A stretch of DNA of 54,797 bases, filler included, from Bipalium vagum (taxonomy: Eukaryota), in NCBI GenBank assembly GCA_037834085.1. It is 3 parts of 3 records of this genome, joined end to end, with 100 filler letters (N's around TTAATTAATTAA, not from the genome) between each part and the next. Parts side by side here need not be neighbours in the genome. Positions count along the whole stretch, not along the records: positions 36,641 to 54,797 come from JBBMKC010038926.1; 2 more parts are not named here. One strand, written 5' to 3'. Below, one piece after another: positions 48,734 to 54,797 of this stretch. Made by a program: the position numbers and the translations under genes. Position 1 is the first letter of the stretch; each line of letters begins with the position of its first letter. The notes below the pieces were generated by a model. That model saw only the letters and a list, made by a program, of their open reading frames with translations. It was not told where the DNA came from and searched no databases.

Positions 48734-50335
48734 ATGTCAAATTTTACATATGATGAAAAGTCATGCCTGGTTTGCTATGATTCTGAGAACGGTGACAACT
48801 TTGTTACTTTTATGCAATGTAATCATACATTCTGCAATACTTGTTTTATTGAAATATTACTCCAAGAAAACGTGGTGTGTCCCATAGATCGAAATTCAAT
48901 AGGGACAGTAAAGACCAACGGGATCTTAGGACTAACACTGCCACAAATGAGACATAATATTTTGGAAAAACAGCCTCAAGTATTAATGAAAATTATTGAA
49001 AGTCAATGGCAGGAAGATATATTGTATATGTATAAGACTCACAATAAATTCAAGGACACATTGGAGAGAACAGTAGATATTTTAGAAAACAGTCTAATGC
49101 AATACCAAGAACAAAGTGAAATGACTTATTCGGCAAAATTAATTTTAGATCTCTATGAACAACAACAGGAATCGTATGAAAACGTAGTTCGTCTTAATTT
49201 TTCGTCAGCAAAACAAAGAATATTTAATGATTATATTAAAAAATTACCATATGAAGAAAGGACTCCAATTCACTTCAACGTGTTAAGTGCACCACAATTA
49301 TCATATACACAATATCTGTCATATCCTACGTTCTTATATGCATTCGATCAATGTGCTATGCCAAAGATGTATATCAGTCAGAATATAAAGATTCTTAAAG
49401 AAGATTTATTTGAAATTAAAACATCATCCAATTTCATTTTGAGCATTGTTATATCGTTTATAAGTGACAATAAAGAGTTGTATTTTCAGCTTCAACCTGA
49501 AATCAAGGAAACCGATATCGATAAATGTTTAATCTGCTGTCATCAAATTGGAAGTGACTTATATGGTCAATTTGAAAGCTGTTCACACAAGTTATGTTCC
49601 AACTGCATCAAGCATTTTATGGTAAGTCATGGAAGTTGTCCATTCCATAATAGTGAAATCCATGACTTAAAAATGAAAATGAGCCCGGGAGATGTAAACA
49701 AAGAATTTGTTTGTGTAAAAGAATATTTATTGGAAAATATAGTGAATATTGGTGAAGAATTGTTTGAGGAAATCGACAAGTTGAATTTAACAATAATCGA
49801 GGATCTTGTTTCAAATAAATCTCACATATCCGTGTTTTTGGAGGAGTTTGCATGGATAGATTTTGGGAAAAAAAGAAATTTAACTAAAGATGAAATTAAA
49901 TTACTGTTAGAAAATGTTGAAAGCTCAATTGAACATATTCTGAACAAAAATATCTTGAATTTGTGTCAAACCCGGTCTAACAACTTAAAATGTTTTGTCT
50001 TTTGTTTGAAGAGGTTTTTGTCAAATCATTCTTCAAACATTTTGACTCAAAATTTAAATGAGACGGTGATTTCATCTCTTTCGGAATTGTTATTTGCATC
50101 TGCACGAGATTATTATCATTTTTATGATATCATTTCGTATTTTGCAAGGGATATATATACTACAGAGACGATGTCAACCAGTCTGTTGAAACATTACCAA
50201 AATATTTTCATTCTGACTTTCGAAGATACATTCAATTCTATTATGTATTACGGGGTAGATGGAAATACGGAATTTACTGACTTATATGTTAATAATAAAA
50301 GAGAGTGTCAATTAAAATGGCGAAATAAATTATAG
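48734..50335 (+). CDS. intronless tandem double-RING protein (putative E3 ubiquitin ligase), 533 aa; paralog of 19351-20907
   Basis: RING-A from aa 11 (CLVC..CNHTFCNTC..CPID) and RING-B from aa 265 (CLIC..CSHKLCSNC..CPFH); uninterrupted ORF. Confidence 0.92.
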   Translation: MSNFTYDEKSCLVCYDSENGDNFVTFMQCNHTFCNTCFIEILLQENVVCPIDRNSIGTVKTNGILGLTLPQMRHNILEKQPQVLMKIIESQWQEDILYMYKTHNKFKDTLERTVDILENSLMQYQEQSEMTYSAKLILDLYEQQQESYENVVRLNFSSAKQRIFNDYIKKLPYEERTPIHFNVLSAPQLSYTQYLSYPTFLYAFDQCAMPKMYISQNIKILKEDLFEIKTSSNFILSIVISFISDNKELYFQLQPEIKETDIDKCLICCHQIGSDLYGQFESCSHKLCSNCIKHFMVSHGSCPFHNSEIHDLKMKMSPGDVNKEFVCVKEYLLENIVNIGEELFEEIDKLNLTIIEDLVSNKSHISVFLEEFAWIDFGKKRNLTKDEIKLLLENVESSIEHILNKNILNLCQTRSNNLKCFVFCLKRFLSNHSSNILTQNLNETVISSLSELLFASARDYYHFYDIISYFARDIYTTETMSTSLLKHYQNIFILTFEDTFNSIMYYGVDGNTEFTDLYVNNKRECQLKWRNKL

Positions 50336-50644
50336 ATATCATTTTCCAATTTTTTATTCTTCTTTAATGTATGTAATATTGTTGGTCTAATTTATTTATT
50401 CATTTATCAATTCTAACTTAAATGATTTGTCTTTGAAAAGAAAACTAATTTTAAGATTATTATGAAATAGTACACTCAATATTTAAGTAATTTTTCAAAA
50501 TAGTTTGATGTAAAAACAGTAATAAAAAAACTCGATATATTAAACAAATCAAAAATACAAAAACACAAGAGGAATATAGTGCAAATGCAGATCCACCTTG
50601 AAAGACACTAGTTTTTACTAAATAATTTTTTGCCTAATTTTTTA

Positions 50645-51929
50645 TTTATTGTCACATATGAAATGTCCGATTGCGTAAAAAGCAATAAAAAGCAATAAAA
50701 GTCCAATAAAAAAGTTTTATTTAATTGAAATAGTCACCATCAGATTTTACACATTTTGCAATCTAGAAACTAGTTTCAAAATGCCAGTGCAATAAAAATC
50801 TGGTACCCTGGATTCAATGAATTCGAATATGACCTTTTTAACATCCCCTGGATTAGCAATACTTTTTTTTTATACAAAAAATTATCTAAATGCTTAAAAA
50901 AATGATAATCTGTAGGAGATAAGTAGGGCAAATATGATGGATGTTTCAAAGTTTCAAGTTTTAAGTCTAACAGCTTTTGCAACGTCTTCTTTACACATGT
51001 GGTCTGGCATTATCATGCAAGAGTATTATTCCTTTCCTAATGACCAAAGAAGGTTGTTTAATGAGAAAAAATTGACACATTATTTCAATTTCGGATCAAT
51101 ATTGATCTGAGTTAATAGTTTTACCTTTTTCCGATAAAGAAAAAAATTATGACTCCAGCCATAGACCACCAGACTGTTAACTTGTCTTTTTAGATGTAAA
51201 TCTCGCTTTGGACAATGTAAAGGAGATTGGTCGGCATCTAACCATTGTGCAGAACGTCTACTATTGTAATGAATAATCCATTTTCATCACACGTGACGAT
51301 GCTATTTAAAAATAGGTCTTTTTCATTTCGATCCAGCAGTATTTGGCAAATTTTCAATCTTTGCGATTTTTGAGAATTACTGAATAAATGACGAACACAT
51401 TGATCCAGCTTTTGTTTCTTTTCAATGCCTTTCAGATGTCAGGAAATGGCTTGACGACTAACGGCTAACGTTTTTCCTAGTTCTCGAACTGATAGCTTGG
51501 TATTTAGCTCCATCTGTTTTCGTAAATCGTCGTTGCTAATGAAGACCCCGGGGCGACTCCTCTCTTCAATTATCCGGGTCAGATCACCATTTCGAAATTT
51601 TTTGAACCACCTCCGAATAGTTCTTTCATTAGGGATCACCCTCTCTAAATGCAAAATTGATGTTTCGGGCAGCTTCTGATGCATTATACATTAATTTCCA
51701 TTCGTATAAAATAATTGTTCGCATTTCTGTATTTTTTAATATCATTCCCATGCCGTCTAAAATTATTTTAAATAATTCACTTTTTTAAAAAAATATTATT
51801 GATATTGATTCTTAATGATATTGATTCAAAACGATATTTAGATAAGTTCCAAATGCTAAATATTACGTGAATTATGGTAGTTTAAAAAATTAGTGTTAAC
51901 AATCGGATATTTCATATGTGACGACCTAA
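50645..51929 (-). mobile_element. full-length decayed mariner
   Basis: TIR core GTCACATATGAAAT(G/A)TCCGATT at both ends; NERTIRRWFKKFRNGD, HDNARP and HPSYLPYLSPTDYHFFKHL motifs; many frameshifts. Confidence 0.9.
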
Positions 51930-52269
51930 TATTTGCCGTGAAATCTCGCTGGTCTAAATATTAATAAAACAATTAATAATTATAAGATTTAAAGTGCTGT
52001 ACAATTCTTGGACCTTTCAATCTTTGATTCAGTTTCGGTTAAACATCAAATTACAACAAATATATTCTTCCACGCATAAAATCTGAAAAATCGGCACCTC
52101 ATCACGTATTGTTGCTGGCATGGATTTTAAAGGGTTGACTTCATTGTATACGACTGTATTGTATACTTTTTTTATATATTATGTTGGTTTTGAGAGGGTC
52201 AACTGAGATATTTATTAGTTATTTTATTAGAGATCATATTATACAAATATTAATTGTTTCTTCCAATCT

Positions 52270-53075
52270 CCGAAATAATACAAAGAATGGAAATTTGGCT
52301 GTTAGCTGCGATATCAACAAAGTCAGTCATTTTGAACAATATATTTTAGAAAAGGCTTTTTAAAAAAATAGTACTTAAAAAAATTTTCCATTCTTACATG
52401 GTTATGCAGAAATATATAGAAAATTATTCAGAAATATATAGAAAATTATTCAGAAATATATAGAAAAATTTTCAGAAATATATAATGGAATAATAATAAT
52501 TTGCGAATTGTAGCTGAGGCGAGTATGGTGGCAGAAATCTGTAAGCAATACCTCGTTCTGTCAGCAACTTAATAACATCTTTGCGTTGATGGAACCTGCA
52601 ATTGTCCATCACCAATACATCCCCAGGATTTCGATCGAAATGATTGCATAAATTGTCACTAATAAAGTTCATTGAAAGACCCGTCTTCGATTTCAAAGCA
52701 TAAAATGCCTGTAAATTTGATTTAATAAAAAACAGATGACAAAACAATGAAATCTGACATAATAATAGAAACAGTGCAGCTGATATTTTTGGCTGACTAA
52801 AATGTGATCAAATTTAAATAGAAAAATCGATTTTTTTCCTATATATTTCTGAATAATTTTCTAAATATTTCTGAATATTTTTCTATATATTTTGAATATT
52901 TTTCTATATATTTCTGCATAAACCTGTAATAAATTAATATATTGCGCCATTAAAAATTAAAATAAAAATTATTTTAAAATAAATATTAAAATTAAATTAA
53001 ATAAATATTGAAATTAAATTTACAATTAATTAAAAATTTAAAAATTAGAAATCAGTTTAAATACTCACATTGATA
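52270..53075 (-). pseudogene. decayed paralog of the 44219 ORF, interrupted by a Tc1-like insertion
   Basis: Removing 52397-52926 plus one TA restores MAQYINLLRMENFFKYYFFKKPFLKYI from the ATG at 52950. Confidence 0.6.
52397..52926 (-). mobile_element. non-autonomous IS630/Tc1-like element with long TIRs built of ~22-bp tandem repeats
   Basis: TA TSD; TIRs CA(T/G)G(G/T)TTATGCAGAAATATATAGAAAA.. repeated; internal VLVMDNCRFH...FLPPYSPQL. Confidence 0.9.
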
Positions 53076-53299
53076 ATATATTGTTCTGACCAATTGATAT
53101 TAAATTAAAAGTGAAAATATTGTACGTCTCCAAAATAATGTTTAGAAAAAATATGATTTTTTAAAAAATAGAATACATTATATATACTCCATACCATAAA
53201 AACCCCGATTTATTTATTTTAGAAAGAATTAGTAAGTCTAATTTGTTTAACTGGTGTAATATTGATTATTATAGATGTCACTATCTAATTATAAGAAAA

Positions 53300-53675
53300 T
53301 GCAGTAAGAAACAATTGAAAGTCTATGTGATGCATTAAATGTTAACAAAGATTACACAAACGACTTAAGAAAGAATTTTTTTGAAATAAATGCTCTGGAC
53401 AGAAAGAGTGGTTCAGAAAGAAAGCATATCGAAAGATATGTTGACAGATGACAACGAGCTGTGGAATCTATTCGGAAGCAGGGATTCTCTAGCACTGTGC
53501 GTATTTCTGAGGTGACTGAGATTCCACATACAAGTTTTTAAAGAATTTTTAAAGAAGAAGGAATGAGACTTATTTCCAGAACAACATGTCCTCTGTCAAG
53601 TGATGACCAGAAATTGAAGAGGCTAAAATGGTGTAGACAGAATCGTCATTATCAGTAGAAATACATAATGTATAT
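53300..53675 (+). mobile_element. Tc1-like transposase N-terminal fragment
   Basis: LDRKSGSERK...RIFKEEGM...PLSSDDQKLKRLKWCRQNR. Confidence 0.6.
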
Positions 53676-54056
53676 AAAAAATTAAATTAAAAGTCTATGA
53701 AAGAAAAATAAGTCAAGTTATAATTTTTATATTAAAATGACTTTAAATGATAATGAAATCACAAGGCAATAAATTCTCAAATTAAAACATCAAATAATAA
53801 TAATAATAAACAAAATAAATAAATAATAATCAACGGAATTTTTTACAAAATAACAAATATTTTCTGTTATAATTTTAATAATAAAATGATTTTTTTTCTA
53901 AAAAAAATAGCAATATAGAATTCCACAAATCTTTTCCAAGCATGATTATGAAATCGAACCGTTTATGTGTAAGATAATACTCAGCAATAAAAGTCGTATA
54001 TAATATACATTGACAATGAACAATACCCGACTCATTATTTAAGGCAAGCATCCCCA

Positions 54057-54553
54057 TCACACATAAAACTCATCAATCACGGGCTGAGACAGCCAGTTTT
54101 GATACTTAATAATTTTCGTGATTGTTAATGAATTCATATCGTCTACGGAACAAAATTTCATGAGGAAATTGTCCCTGTTACTGTACTGATCACAGGAGGC
54201 CAAGTCTGGACTTTTCCGGTGCACTGGTCGGTTGACGGAAGGCAAATCAATAAGACTTTTGGCTGATAGTGGAGCACGGATTTTGGATTGTCGAACAAAA
54301 GGGGACAGATCCGAAGAAGGTTTCTGATTGACAATTTTATGATTGGACTCACTTAGCGTAACAGATGATTTCGATCGATATCTCTTCTGCGTCATTTTCG
54401 GAACGATATCAGTGAAGCGCAGACAATTATTATTATCATTGTATAAAGTAGACGAAGAACCCAACGAAGAAACTTCAGGAATAGGACAAAATGAAGACAT
54501 AGTTTGCAAAAGAGAATGTTCAGTCTGCTTGTTGATTCGAAACACCGGAAAAT
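54057..54553 (-). CDS. probable terminal exon (or single exon from ATG 54500) of a Ser-rich disordered protein
   Basis: GC-rich open frame of about 165 codons with a tatttcag acceptor at 54554; no recognisable domain. Confidence 0.6.
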
Positions 54554-54725
54554 CTGAAATAGATATCACAATGAGCACCAGAAGGAAAATCAGTTTTGTT
54601 TGTGCTTTGTTAGGAAATGTTGGCAGTTAATTAGAAACGGTCAAAGCAGCAAACTAGGGAAAGCTGTTAATTCCGCAGAAATAACATAATTAATACCAAA
54701 AACAACAATACAAACAGTACAATTA

Positions 54726-54729
<4 letters not shown>

Positions 54730-54797
<68 letters not shown>
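54730..54797. repeat. (TAA)n microsatellite
   Basis: Seen directly. Confidence 0.95.

Noticed and set aside
52405-52484. regular ~22-bp repeats as a CRISPR-like array
   Set aside because: No unique spacers; they are tandem units within a transposon TIR in a eukaryotic genome.
54343-54630. plus-strand 95-aa ORF with CxxxCxxC
   Set aside because: Overlaps the longer minus-strand frame that has a proper splice acceptor; likely a shadow.

Overview
AT-rich animal (metazoan) genomic scaffold using the standard genetic code. It has two artificial 100-nt N44-TTAATTAATTAA-N44 contig linkers (18378-18477, 36541-36640) and two sized gaps. The first contig carries a minus-strand, multi-exon receptor tyrosine kinase of the Ror/MuSK class (Ig - Frizzled CRD - Kringle - TM - kinase). 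I could reconstruct 10 phase-consistent exons, including a GC-AG intron and a long beta2-beta3 insert containing a DSGYGS degron-like motif. The most unusual genes are two paralogous, intronless, internally duplicated double-RING proteins (19351-20907, 48734-50335) with non-canonical last zinc ligands (CPxD, CPFH). There is also a two-exon orphan Pro/Tyr-motif adaptor-like gene (42335-46284), a probable terminal exon at the right end, and a small family of decayed paralogous ORFs. The rest is a transposon graveyard: mariner (one near-intact Hsmar1-like copy), Tc1, pogo, hAT, Merlin, Gypsy, solo-LTR-like repeats, MITEs and (TAA)n microsatellites.
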